From contig NZ_CP186274.1 in assembly GCF_049331405.1 (NCBI RefSeq), positions 2,704,367 through 2,768,366 of the forward strand: DNA of 64,000 bases, given 5' to 3'. Positions 45,461 to 55,344 of this stretch are shown here, piece by piece (the first letter of the stretch is position 1; every line of letters starts with the position of its first letter). The translations under genes and the position numbers were made by a program. The notes under the pieces were generated by a model. The model made no database searches. It was given only the letters and a program-made list of their open reading frames with translations, and had not been told where the DNA came from. This DNA comes from Singulisphaera sp. PoT. GTDB taxonomy: Bacteria > Planctomycetota > Planctomycetia > Isosphaerales > Isosphaeraceae.

Positions 45461-47512
45461 ATGCCGAGACGCCGGACGTCCATTCTCAGGGGTGCAGGGC
45501 TCGCCGCCCTCCTCCTCGGATCCCAGGGCTCCCTCCCCGCCGCCGAGCCGAAGCCGATCGAGGCTTCCGTCGCCAAGGCCCTCGCCAAGGAAGTCATCGG
45601 CCCCCGCCAGACCCAGGCCGAGGTCGCCGACTATTGCGAGACGGCCATCCCCGCGATGCCTCGCCTCACGACCGTCGCCGACTGGGAGGCCTACGCCCGG
45701 GAGGTCCGGTCGAAGGTCTTCGACCAGGTCATCTTCCGGGGCGAGGCCGAGCGCTGGCGCGACGCCAAGGGGCGCGTCGAGTGGTTCGAGACCCTCAAGG
45801 GGGGCCCCGGCTATCGGATCAAGAGGCTCCGCTACGAGGCGCTCCCCGGGCTCTGGATCCCGGCCCTGCTGTACGAGCCGGAGAAGCTCGAGGGGAAGGT
45901 CCCCGTCGTCCTCGACGTCAACGGCCACGAGAAGGTCGGGAAGTCGGCCGACTACAAACAGGCGATCTGCATCAACCAGGCCAAGCGCGGGATGCTCGCC
46001 CTGAACATCGAGTGGTTCGAGATGGGCCAGCTCACGGGGGGCTATCGACATGACCTCATCAACCACATCGACCTCACCGGGACGTCCGGCATCGCCGCCC
46101 ACTATCTCGCGATGACCCGGGGGATCGACGTCCTCCTCGCCCACGAGCACGCCGACCCGACCCGCGTCGCGGTGACGGGGCTCTCCGGCGGCGGCTGGCA
46201 GACCATCTTCGTGAGCGCCTTCGACACCAGAGTGACGCTGGCCGACCCCGTCGCCGGCTATTCGAGCTTCCGGACCCGCGCCCGCGTCCTGAGCGACCTG
46301 GGCGACTCGGAGCAGACCCCCTGCGACCTCGCGACGGTGACCGACTACGCGACGATGACGGCGATGCTCGCCCCCAGGGCCGCCCTCCTCACCTTCAACG
46401 CGACGGACAACTGCTGCTTCGCGGCAGGCCACGCCCTCCCGCCGCTCCTGGAAGCCGCCAAGCCCGTCTATCAGCTCTACAACAAGGCGGACCGCCTCCG
46501 CTCGCACGTGAACACCGACCCCGGCACGCACAACTACCTCGTCGACAACCGCCAGGCCTTCTACCGGATGGCCGGCGACCAGTTCTACAAGGGGGACAGC
46601 AGCTACGACCCGAAGGAGATCCCGTCCGACTCCGAGCTGAAGTCGGCCGAGGAGCTCTCCGTCCCCCTGCCCAAGGACAACGCCACCTTCCACAGCCTCG
46701 CGCTCAGCCTGAGCGAGAAGACCCCGGCCATCGCGAACCTCCCGAAGGATGACGACGGCGCCCAGGCCTGGGGCGACTCGCATCGCGCCAAGCTCCGCGA
46801 CCTCGTCCGGTTCAAGAGCTACAAGGTCCAGGTCGTGTCCAAGTCCGAAGCCGAGGAGGCGGGCATCCGCACGACCCACTGGCGCCTGAAGGTCGGGGAA
46901 TGGTCGGTGCCGGCCGTCGAGTTCGTGAAGGGCAAGCCCGAAGGGGCGACGGTCATCCTCGGCGACTCCGGTCGCAAGGGGCTCTCGAAGGAGATCGCGA
47001 GCCGTCTCGAGAAGGCCGAGGCCGCCCGCTTCGTGGCGATCGACCCGTTCTACCTCGGCGAGGCGAGCGTGAACGATCACGGCTACCTCTACGCCCTCTT
47101 GCTGAGCGCGGTGGGAGACCGGCCGCTCGGGTTGCAGGCGAGCGAGGTCATCGCCGTCGCGGGCTGGATCAAGGAGGCCCGGGGGCTCAACTCGATCGAC
47201 ATCGAGGCGTTCGGTCCCCGGACGAGCCTCATCGCCCTCGTCGCAGGAGCCCTGGGAGTCGACGAGATCGCCAAGGTGACGCTCACCGACTCGCTCGGCA
47301 GCCTCCGCGAGCCGATCGAGTCGAACATGGTCTACAACGACGCCCCCGAGATCTTCTGCTTCGGCCTTTTGAGGCAGTTCGACATCCCGACCCTCGCGGC
47401 GCTCGTGGCCCCTCGCCCCGTGACCTTCGAGCATCAGTCCGACCGCCTGAAGACGACGATCAAGGATCTGGCCGCCTGGTACGCCCACTGGGACTCGAAG
47501 TCCAAGCCCTGA
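45461..47512 (+). CDS. Secreted two-domain alpha/beta-hydrolase-fold protein (acetyl-xylan-esterase / dienelactone-hydrolase-like)
   Basis: Signal peptide; nucleophile elbow VTGLSGGGW in the N-terminal domain; C-terminal second hydrolase-like domain. Confidence 0.7.
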   Translation: MPRRRTSILRGAGLAALLLGSQGSLPAAEPKPIEASVAKALAKEVIGPRQTQAEVADYCETAIPAMPRLTTVADWEAYAREVRSKVFDQVIFRGEAERWRDAKGRVEWFETLKGGPGYRIKRLRYEALPGLWIPALLYEPEKLEGKVPVVLDVNGHEKVGKSADYKQAICINQAKRGMLALNIEWFEMGQLTGGYRHDLINHIDLTGTSGIAAHYLAMTRGIDVLLAHEHADPTRVAVTGLSGGGWQTIFVSAFDTRVTLADPVAGYSSFRTRARVLSDLGDSEQTPCDLATVTDYATMTAMLAPRAALLTFNATDNCCFAAGHALPPLLEAAKPVYQLYNKADRLRSHVNTDPGTHNYLVDNRQAFYRMAGDQFYKGDSSYDPKEIPSDSELKSAEELSVPLPKDNATFHSLALSLSEKTPAIANLPKDDDGAQAWGDSHRAKLRDLVRFKSYKVQVVSKSEAEEAGIRTTHWRLKVGEWSVPAVEFVKGKPEGATVILGDSGRKGLSKEIASRLEKAEAARFVAIDPFYLGEASVNDHGYLYALLLSAVGDRPLGLQASEVIAVAGWIKEARGLNSIDIEAFGPRTSLIALVAGALGVDEIAKVTLTDSLGSLREPIESNMVYNDAPEIFCFGLLRQFDIPTLAALVAPRPVTFEHQSDRLKTTIKDLAAWYAHWDSKSKP

Positions 47513-47619
47513 TCCCGGCGCAACCCACTCTCACGCCCGAGAACGCGACGGAGGCAGTGCACGCCGGGAAACCGGCCTGCCTGCCTCCGCGTTCGTTTCG
47601 CGTTCGTCCTCGGTGCTGA

Positions 47620-49023
47620 TCAGACGGCGGCGCCGCTGAAGAGTGGGGCGATGACCTGGCCTCGGTTCAGCTCAAGGGGTCGGCCCAGGGGATCCATGAC
47701 CATGCTCGACGGGTCGACACCGAGGACGCTGTAGATCGTCGCGCCGAGGTCGGACGGATAGAAGCCCCGGGTCGCCGGATAGGCGCCGATCTTGTCCGAC
47801 TTGCCGATGAACTGGCCGCCCCGAACCCCCGCGCCGGCGAAGAGGGCGGAGAAGACCCCCGACCAGTGGTCGCGGCCGACCTTCGCCGGGTTCGTGCTGC
47901 CGACGTTGGGAACGAGCTTCGGCGTGCGGCCGAACTCGCCCACCATCACGACAAGCGTGTCGTCGATGAGGCCGGTGGCGTTCAGGTCGTCGAGTAAGGC
48001 CGAGACGGCCTGGTCGAGCGGGGGCAGGAGCCTGGTCTTGAGCTGCTCGCAGTTGTCGTTGTGCGTGTCCCAGTTGTTCATCGAGCCCATGTTGGCCTGG
48101 ATGATCGGGACCCCGGCCTGCACGAGCCTCCTGGACAGCAGCAACGACTGGCCGAAGAGGTGTCGCCCATAGCGGTCGCGGACCCGCGGATCCTCGCGCT
48201 CGAGGGCGAAGGCCCGCTTGACCTTGCCCGAGGTCAGCATGGTGAATGCCTTGTCCTGCAGGCCGCCGAACTCGTTCCTCGACGACATGCCGTCGATCCG
48301 GGCGTGCTGGCCGTCGATCTCCTGCAGGAGCGCCCGGCGATTCCCGAGCTGGTCGGCGGTCAGGCCGACGGGGAGCGTCAGGGACTCGATCTGGAAATTG
48401 GCCGCGCTCGGGTCCTGGGTGATGTGCCAGGGGTCGAACTTCGACCCGAGCAGCCCGGCGTTCTGGCCCGAGAAGCCGTAGCCGTTATTCAGGTACGTCG
48501 GCAGCATGACCCCGTTGGGGATCCCGTCGTTGCGGGGCCGGACGAAGTCGAGCCCCGACGCATAGCAGGGCCAGTCCGACCTCGACGCCATGTGGGTCGA
48601 GCCCGGCGGCATCTTGTCGATGCCGGTCAGCACCATGTGGGTCCCGTGCTCGTGGCTCGGGATCTCGTGCGTCATCGACCGGATCACCGCGTATTGATCG
48701 GCGCGCGAGGCGAGTTGGGGGAGATGCTCGCAGATCGAGACCCCCGGCAGTTTGGTCGGGATCGGCTGGAAGCCACCCCGGACCTCGGCGGGCGCCTCAG
48801 GCTTCATGTCGAACGTGTCTATGTGGCTCGGTGCGCCGGTCAGGAAGATCAGGATGACCGACTTCCCCCGACGCGGCATGACCTCCGCATTCGCCCTCGC
48901 CTGCCCGCCGAGCAGGCTGGGCAGACCCATCCCCATGAGCCCCGAGAAACCGACCTGGAGCAATTCGCGGCGATGGAAACCGATGGAATGCGAATGTCCA
49001 CGCACGGAGAGTCTTCGATCCAC
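47620..49023 (-). CDS. DUF1501-family protein (sulfatase-like fold) with twin-arginine signal
   Basis: TAT motif HRRELLQVGFSGLMGMG; conserved DUF1501 blocks (ILIFLTGAPSHIDTFDMKPEAP, GRDHW). Confidence 0.85.
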   Translation of the reverse strand: MDRRLSVRGHSHSIGFHRRELLQVGFSGLMGMGLPSLLGGQARANAEVMPRRGKSVILIFLTGAPSHIDTFDMKPEAPAEVRGGFQPIPTKLPGVSICEHLPQLASRADQYAVIRSMTHEIPSHEHGTHMVLTGIDKMPPGSTHMASRSDWPCYASGLDFVRPRNDGIPNGVMLPTYLNNGYGFSGQNAGLLGSKFDPWHITQDPSAANFQIESLTLPVGLTADQLGNRRALLQEIDGQHARIDGMSSRNEFGGLQDKAFTMLTSGKVKRAFALEREDPRVRDRYGRHLFGQSLLLSRRLVQAGVPIIQANMGSMNNWDTHNDNCEQLKTRLLPPLDQAVSALLDDLNATGLIDDTLVVMVGEFGRTPKLVPNVGSTNPAKVGRDHWSGVFSALFAGAGVRGGQFIGKSDKIGAYPATRGFYPSDLGATIYSVLGVDPSSMVMDPLGRPLELNRGQVIAPLFSGAAV

Positions 49024-49237
49024 GGTTCACCTCGCGATCACGGACGGCGGGATACTGCGGAGACCCTCCTTTATGCCCCATAAAGCCGATTTGTTCAACA
49101 GAAATCAAATTCGGTTCTTTGCGCGTCGGGAGGCTGGAGGAAACAGGCAACTACGGACCTGGAGTTCGGCGTACCGACCGACTCAACCCTGCGGTCTCAT
49201 TGCCGACATCTCCGGGTTCGGAACGGGTTCGGGCGGC

Positions 49238-49909
49238 TCAGTGACCCGACTGCGGCGCGACGAGGACCTTGCCGGCGGCCTCGGCACCGAGGGCGACCGT
49301 GCGGTTCTCGAGCCGGATGACCAGCGCGCCGGACTCGGGCCGGTTCTCGGCGAGCTCTCCCGAGGCGTTCAGGTCGAGGCCGCACTCGGTCAGATACCGG
49401 AGAAAGGCGGGGTCCTGGTCGACGACCCGGACGACCCGGAAGGACTGCCCACGGGGGAGCTTGGCCAGGGGGGTCCCCTCGATCTCGGCGAGCGAGCCGT
49501 CCGCCGTGGGGATTGGGTCGCCGTGCGGGTCGACCGCCGGATGCCCGAGGAAAGCGTCGATCCGGTCGATCAGGCGCTCGGAGGCCGCATGCTCCATGTG
49601 CTCGGCCTCCTCGTGGACCTCATCCCAGGGCATGTCCAGCGTCTTGACCAGGAAGAGCTCCAGGAGGCGATGGCGGCGGATGACCTTCATCGCCAGGCGC
49701 TGGCCGGACTCGGTGAGGCGGGCCCCTTCATAGGGGGTGTATGTGGCGAGACTCGCCTCGGAGAGGGTCTTGAGCATCCCGGTCACGGTCCCGGGAGAGA
49801 CCCCCAAGGCGTGCGCGAGGACCCCCGTCGCCACCGCGGAATGCCCCCCGTCGCGGGCGGCGATCTGGGCGATGGCCTTCACGTAGTTCTCGACGGTCAA
49901 ACTCGCCAC
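49238..49909 (-). CDS. DtxR/MntR/IdeR-family metal-dependent repressor with a C-terminal FeoA/SH3-like domain
   Basis: HTH region LTVENYVKAIAQIA…VATGVLAHALGVSPGTVTGMLKTL; metal-site residues in the dimerisation domain; C-terminal SH3-like segment LAKLPRGQSFRVVRV. Confidence 0.85.
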   Translation of the reverse strand: MASLTVENYVKAIAQIAARDGGHSAVATGVLAHALGVSPGTVTGMLKTLSEASLATYTPYEGARLTESGQRLAMKVIRRHRLLELFLVKTLDMPWDEVHEEAEHMEHAASERLIDRIDAFLGHPAVDPHGDPIPTADGSLAEIEGTPLAKLPRGQSFRVVRVVDQDPAFLRYLTECGLDLNASGELAENRPESGALVIRLENRTVALGAEAAGKVLVAPQSGH

Positions 49910-50209
49910 GAAGAACCGCCTCCTCCAGGGGAAGGTCGTCGTCCGCCGACGGACGACCTATTTCTCGCTCCGGCTTGCACCCATGGTACGCAAGAGCCGG
50001 GTGGGTGGGGAAGGAACCAACGCCGAGATCGTCCTAAATCTCGAATTGCACGCAAGTTCGGCTCACAAGAGAGGGGCTCGATCGGCCTACCTACGCTCGA
50101 TCCCGGACTCGACGCCCGGGCCCTGGAGCCGGACTTGTGTGCATACGATGCAAGCATCCCGCCCCGCGAGACGCATGTCAGCTCGACCCATTCGAGGCGG
50201 GGTCGGGCG

Positions 50210-51592
50210 TCAATCGAAGTCCTCGGGCTCTCCCTCGTCTTCGCCCTCATTATTCTCGAGGGTCTCGATCGTGGTCAGGCCGGTGGGCTCGCCGATCCGG
50301 AGCCAGATCGCCTTGAGGTAGGACCCTTCGAGGGCTTCCAGGCCGATCGGGTGATCGGGAGAGGCCCCGGTCACGTTCAGGACCTGGACCGAGCGCCTGG
50401 CCTTCCTCGCGGCGGCCCGCAGGAGGATCAGGAACTCCTCGGCGGAGAGCAGGCCGGAGCAGGAGCAGGTCAGGAGCAGGCCCCCGGGCTCGACCAGGGA
50501 CATGGCGAGGACGTTGAGGTCGAAGTACTTGCGCTTGCCGGCCGAGATGTCGAGCCGGCCGGGGATCAGCTTGGGAGGGTCGAGCACCACGACGCCGTAC
50601 GAGCGGCCGTTGACCACCATCTGCCGCATGTAGCTGAAGGCGTCGGCATGCACGAAGGTCGGCCGGACCTGGTTCAGGTTGCCGTTGTCGCGGGCCCAGC
50701 CGATGGCCTTCTCGTCGAGGTCGACGCAGGTGACCTCGCTGGCCTTGCCCCGGGCGAGCGCCGCGACGCCGAAGCCGCCGGAGTAGCAGCAGAGGTCGAG
50801 CACCGTGCGGCCGGGGGTGAACCGGGTCAGGGCGAGCCGGTTCTCGCGCTGATCGCAGAAGAAGCCGGTCTTGTGGCTCCCCTCGAAGTTCACCCGGTAG
50901 CGGACGCCGTTCTCGTGGATCGTGACCCGAGGGGGGAGCTTGGGGCTGATCACCGGCCTGCCGGGGAAGTCCTCGGCAAGGGCGATCCGCTCGTCGACCT
51001 GGACCCGGAAGTGCTTCGTCCCCAGGCGTTCCGAGAAGATCTCGAGGATCGGCCCGATCCGCTGATACATCCCCAGACTGAAGATTTCGACCGAGAGCAC
51101 GTCGTCGAACCGGTCCATGATGAGGCCCGAGAGGCCGTCCCCTTCGGCGTGGACGACCCGATAGGCGTTCGTCACCTCGTCGAGGCCGAGGGCCTCGCGG
51201 CGGAGCGAGATCGCCCGCTCGGCCCGATGGACCCAGAAGTCGGCGCCAGGCGCATCGACCCCCTGGGCCAGGAGCCGGATATTGATCTGGGATCGGCTGT
51301 TCCAGAGCCCGAAGCCGACCGGGAGCCGGTCGCGGTCGACGACGCGGACGAGGTCGCCGTCGGAGGGGCGCAGGTGGCCGACCGTGCTGACCACCATCTT
51401 GCGGTAGACGAAAGGATGATGCCCGGCGGCGCGGATGGAGACGATCGGCAGGTCCCCGTCGACGTCGAGCGGGCGGTCGGGGACCCCCGCGAGGAAGTTG
51501 GACGGCTCGTTCTGGCGGTACGGGGGTCCGCCCTGGTCGTATCCCCCGCGTCGAGGCGGCTGGTTGGGTCTCGGGTGGTCGGGTCTTGGCAA
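50210..51592 (-). CDS. rlmI: Class-I SAM-dependent rRNA methyltransferase with N-terminal PUA-like domain (RlmI/RlmK-like, 23S rRNA m5C)
   Basis: Methyltransferase motif VLDLCCYSGGFGVAA; D(L)PP box VVLDPPK; the N-terminal region is PUA-like. Confidence 0.75.
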   Translation of the reverse strand: MPRPDHPRPNQPPRRGGYDQGGPPYRQNEPSNFLAGVPDRPLDVDGDLPIVSIRAAGHHPFVYRKMVVSTVGHLRPSDGDLVRVVDRDRLPVGFGLWNSRSQINIRLLAQGVDAPGADFWVHRAERAISLRREALGLDEVTNAYRVVHAEGDGLSGLIMDRFDDVLSVEIFSLGMYQRIGPILEIFSERLGTKHFRVQVDERIALAEDFPGRPVISPKLPPRVTIHENGVRYRVNFEGSHKTGFFCDQRENRLALTRFTPGRTVLDLCCYSGGFGVAALARGKASEVTCVDLDEKAIGWARDNGNLNQVRPTFVHADAFSYMRQMVVNGRSYGVVVLDPPKLIPGRLDISAGKRKYFDLNVLAMSLVEPGGLLLTCSCSGLLSAEEFLILLRAAARKARRSVQVLNVTGASPDHPIGLEALEGSYLKAIWLRIGEPTGLTTIETLENNEGEDEGEPEDFD

Positions 51593-51782
51593 GGGACGCC
51601 TCGGGTCGTCTCGGGAAAATAGGCGGATCGTCGGGGGATCTATCGTCGCTATCCACAGAGCATCGCGGCTGATTTCCCCCTCGTAACCGCGGGAAAATCA
51701 GCCGTGCAAGGTCTCGGGAAAATTCCCCGGACCGGGATCGTGTCATGAGATCGACGGGGCGAGGGCCTCGCGAGCCCCGGCG

Positions 51783-52109
51783 TCAATTCTCGTCGAATTC
51801 CTCGCCATCATCGTCATCGTCGGGGCCGACCGTGCCGGTGCGCTCGAGTCGTCGCAGGCGGACGAGCAGGGCGGTGGCGTAGCGTTGCACGGCGAGCTGC
51901 TTCGTCATCACCGCCTCGTTGGCGGCCTCGAGGGGGATCGTCGCCAGGATCCGGTGGGACGCGAGCAGACTCTCCCAGCCGATCTTGAGGGTTCCTCGGG
52001 CCGCCTGAGGGTTCTCCCTGGACAACCGAAGCGCCTGCCTCGCCTTCTTCATTCCCGCCTGCGCCTGCTGGAGTTGACGAAGCGCGGTGCCTGGGCTCAT
52101 CTCGGGCAT
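51783..52109 (-). CDS. Hypothetical helical protein with an acidic tail (DDDDDGEEFDEN)
   Basis: ORF only; divergent from clpS. Confidence 0.3.
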   Translation of the reverse strand: MPEMSPGTALRQLQQAQAGMKKARQALRLSRENPQAARGTLKIGWESLLASHRILATIPLEAANEAVMTKQLAVQRYATALLVRLRRLERTGTVGPDDDDDGEEFDEN

Positions 52110-52219
52110 GGAAACTCCTCGGAACCATCGTGAGAAAACATTGCCAATTGGCGGGCAAGAGAACACGATATCGTAGTCCAGACCCGGTTCGTCCTTCAAT
52201 TCGGATTCGGAATTCCTCG

Positions 52220-52594
52220 ATGAATGAAGAGCTTCCCCTCGAGCCCGACGCCGCAGAAACGGTGGTCACGACCCAGTCCGCCCCCCGGGCCGAGGAAGTC
52301 GTGGAGACGAAGACGCGGCGGCAGCCGCCGTACAATGTCATCGTCCTGAACGACGAGGATCACACGTTCGAATATGTCATCGGGATGCTCATGAAATTAT
52401 TCGGCCACTCGATGGCGACGTCGGAGGAGCTGGCCCACCGCATCGACAAGGAAGGCCGCGCCATCGTCTACACGACCCATCTCGAGAAGGCCGAGCTGAA
52501 ATGCGACCAGGTCATCACCTACGGCCCCGACCCCCGCAACGAGAAGCCGCACGGCCCGCTCGGCTGCTACATCGAGCCCGCGCCCGGCGCCTGA
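52220..52594 (+). CDS. clpS: ATP-dependent Clp protease adaptor ClpS
   Basis: Core YNVIVLNDEDHTFEYVIGMLMKLFGHS…AIVYTTHLEKAE is the ClpS signature. Confidence 0.85.
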   Translation: MNEELPLEPDAAETVVTTQSAPRAEEVVETKTRRQPPYNVIVLNDEDHTFEYVIGMLMKLFGHSMATSEELAHRIDKEGRAIVYTTHLEKAELKCDQVITYGPDPRNEKPHGPLGCYIEPAPGA

Positions 52595-52600
52595 CCCGAG

Positions 52601-53485
52601 TCACCGGAGGGCGTCGGCGAGCCCGGTGGTGATATCCGGATAGATCAAGTCCACCCCGAGCCCTTGCCGGAGCCGACGGTTGGAGATCCGCTTGTTCGAG
52701 GCGTCACGCCTGGCCTCGGGGCTCCCCGGGGCCGGGGTCTCGAACCTCGGAGGCGGGGCGTCGAGCAGACTCGCGGCGAGCCCGTAATACTCGCCACGGT
52801 GCACGGGGCGATCGTCGCAGACGAGGTAGCAAGCCTCGGGCTGCTGCGCATCGAGTGCGGCGACGACGGCCTGCGCCGCATCGTCGATGTGGACGAGGTT
52901 GAGGAACTTCTCGGGATCCCCCGCGATCGGCTCCCCGCCGCAGAGCGCCGCCCGCCTGACGATCCGCCCTGGTCCGTACAGGCCGGCGAAGCGGAGGACG
53001 ACGGCCGAATGACTCGCGTCGGCCTGGGCCCGGATGAGTTTCTCGGCATCGAGGCAGACCTGCCCCGATTCGTGGGTCGGTTCCGCCGGCGAGTCCTCCG
53101 TCACCCAACTCCCGTCAGACTGGCCGTAGACCCCCGTCGAGCTCGCGTAGACGAGCCGCTCGTATCGGCCGACCCTCGCGTCGAGGAACGCCCGCAGGCC
53201 GTCGACGTAGACCGACCGCATCGAGGCGCCGGCCTTGCGGTCGAAGCCGACGCAGTAGACGATCCGCTCGGCATCCGGGATCGCCTGGAGCGACTCGGCC
53301 GAGAGCACATCCGCGATTTGCGGCTCGATCCCGAGTTCGGCGAGTTGGGCCGCACGCTCGGGGGATCGGACCGTCCCCAGGACCCGTTCGCCCGAGGCGA
53401 TCAGCCGGCGGCCGACGACCTGGCCCAGGTAGCCGCAGCCCACGATCAGGGTGGTCAACTCAGGGGTTCTCCTCGGCGTCGGCAT
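52601..53485 (-). CDS. NAD(P)-binding Rossmann-fold protein (SDR/epimerase-like)
   Basis: Motif LIVGCGYLGQVVGRRL and YxxxK-like motifs downstream. Confidence 0.7.
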   Translation of the reverse strand: MPTPRRTPELTTLIVGCGYLGQVVGRRLIASGERVLGTVRSPERAAQLAELGIEPQIADVLSAESLQAIPDAERIVYCVGFDRKAGASMRSVYVDGLRAFLDARVGRYERLVYASSTGVYGQSDGSWVTEDSPAEPTHESGQVCLDAEKLIRAQADASHSAVVLRFAGLYGPGRIVRRAALCGGEPIAGDPEKFLNLVHIDDAAQAVVAALDAQQPEACYLVCDDRPVHRGEYYGLAASLLDAPPPRFETPAPGSPEARRDASNKRISNRRLRQGLGVDLIYPDITTGLADALR

Positions 53486-53957
53486 CAGAGTCGGATTCGG
53501 CCTCGACCGGGTCTGCGAGGGGTGCCGCGGGGGCTTCCTCCTCGGGACAGCCGGCGTCGAGGTAGTTCTGGAGCAGGATCCGGGCCGCGAGCATGTCGCG
53601 GAGCCCTTTCCGCTTCTTACGCTTGAAACCGACGTCCATGAGGCTCTCTTCCGCCTCCGACGTCGTGTAACGCTCGTCGTAGAAGGTGACGGGCAGGTTC
53701 GTCTTCTCGGCGAGCCAGGCCCCGAACTTCCTGGCGAGGATCGCCGACGACCCCTCGCGCCCCCCCGTGTGCAGCGGGAGCCCGATGACGATGCGCTCGA
53801 CCTCGTGCTCGACGACGAGCTTCTGGTAATGGGCGGCGTCGCGCACGGGGACGATCCGCTCGTAGACTTCGAGCGGGGTCGCGATGACGCCGCGGGGGTC
53901 GCTGATGGCCGCCCCCACGCGACGCGTCCCGAAATCGAGGCCGAGGATCCTGGGCAT
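53460..53957 (-). CDS. ruvX: Holliday-junction resolvase-like / pre-16S rRNA nuclease YqgF
   Basis: Motif ILGLDFGTRRVGAAISD and the RNase-H-like fold. It overlaps the downstream gene by ~25 nt. Confidence 0.85.
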   Translation of the reverse strand: MPRILGLDFGTRRVGAAISDPRGVIATPLEVYERIVPVRDAAHYQKLVVEHEVERIVIGLPLHTGGREGSSAILARKFGAWLAEKTNLPVTFYDERYTTSEAEESLMDVGFKRKKRKGLRDMLAARILLQNYLDAGCPEEEAPAAPLADPVEAESDSDADAEENP

Positions 53958-54011
53958 CAGTCGTTTCCTCGTTCGCAGGAGGCGTCGGCGGCGTCCGGGT
54001 CTTGCATGGGG

Positions 54012-55091
54012 TCAGAGTGTCGAGCCGAAGCCCGCCTTGTCGAGGCCTTCCACGAGGGCCTTGAGCTTGTCGAGCTGGTCCTTCTTCGCGACGAGCGTCG
54101 CGCCGCCGGCCTGGACGATGACGAGGTCGTCGACGCTGAGGGTCGCGATCAGGCCGCCGTCGTCGGAGACGATGATGGAGTTCGTCGTCTCTTTGGCGAG
54201 CACACTCCCCTGGGTCGTGTTCCCCTGGGCGTCGGCCGCGACGAGGGCGGTCAGGGCCCGCCAGTCTCCCACGTCATTCCAGTCGTAGACGACCTCGAGG
54301 ACGTAGATGTTCTCGGCTTTCTCCATCACGGCCTTGTCGATGGGGACCTTCTCCATCGCCGGGTATTCGCGGGCGATGGTCTCGGCCTCGGAGGGGGTGC
54401 CGAGGGTCTTGCCGACGCGGTCGAGCGCCTCGGCGAGGCCGGGCCGGTGCAGCTTGAGGGCGTCGAGGATCGCGCGGGCGCGCCAGACGAAGATGCCCGA
54501 ATTCCAGGAGAAGCGGCCTTCGGCGAGGAACCTCTCGGCCGTCGCCAGGTCGGGCTTCTCGCGGAACTGGGCGACGCGGTTCACGGCGATGCCGTCGATC
54601 GCCGGCGACTCCTCCCCGCGCTCGATGTAGCCGTATCCGGTCTCGGGGCGGGTCGGCTTGATGCCGAAGGTGATGAACGCGGTCGGATCCTTGTCGAGGA
54701 TCGAGACGGCGGCGTTCACGGTGCGCTGGAATTTCTCGGGGGGCTCGATGACGTGATCGGCGGGCATCACGATCATCGTCCCTTCGGGGTCGCGCCTGGC
54801 GACGATCTCGGCGGCGAGGCCCACGCAGGCGGCCGTGTCACGCGGGCAAGGTTCGGCGACGACGTTCTCGGCCGGCAGCTCGGGCAACTGGGCCCGGACG
54901 GCCTCGGCCTGGTCGGCGCCGGTGATGATCAGGACGCGCTCGTGGCTGACCAGCGGCGCGATGCGCGCGACCGTCTGCTGGAGCATCGTCGCGTCGCCGT
55001 AGAGCTTCAGCAACTGCTTCGGCTTGTTCCGGCGGCTCTTGGGCCAGAAGCGGGTTCCACTTCCACCGGCCATGACGACGGCGTAAAGCAT
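54012..55091 (-). CDS. manC: Mannose-1-phosphate guanylyltransferase (GDP-mannose pyrophosphorylase; no PMI domain)
   Basis: N-terminus VVMAGGSGTRFWPKS; nucleotidyltransferase fold plus a left-handed beta-helix C-terminus. Confidence 0.85.
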   Translation of the reverse strand: MLYAVVMAGGSGTRFWPKSRRNKPKQLLKLYGDATMLQQTVARIAPLVSHERVLIITGADQAEAVRAQLPELPAENVVAEPCPRDTAACVGLAAEIVARRDPEGTMIVMPADHVIEPPEKFQRTVNAAVSILDKDPTAFITFGIKPTRPETGYGYIERGEESPAIDGIAVNRVAQFREKPDLATAERFLAEGRFSWNSGIFVWRARAILDALKLHRPGLAEALDRVGKTLGTPSEAETIAREYPAMEKVPIDKAVMEKAENIYVLEVVYDWNDVGDWRALTALVAADAQGNTTQGSVLAKETTNSIIVSDDGGLIATLSVDDLVIVQAGGATLVAKKDQLDKLKALVEGLDKAGFGSTL

Positions 55092-55344
55092 GACTCTTTC
55101 CGTTTACCTTGTCCGAGTGAAAGGCCTCGAGATCGACGACCTCGAGGCAGGAAGGGGTGGACCGGCCTCCACCGGATGGTCAAAGGCCGAGGAGAAGGCC
55201 CGATCCGCCCGTCGAATCTCGGGCGGGCCCGGCCTCCTCGCTTCGTCCAAACCCTTGGCTAGTCTCAGGTAACCTAGAACAAGATCCTCCAGGGTACCCG
55301 GATGGCTCGCGGCACCACAAGGACGCCGCGGCCTCACTCACCGG

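Noticed and set aside
45242-47488. 748-aa minus-strand ORF opposite the alpha/beta hydrolase gene, and 48752..51622 (956 aa, +) spanning three minus-strand genes
   Set aside because: Both cross the boundaries of several confidently called genes on the other strand and have artefact-like composition.
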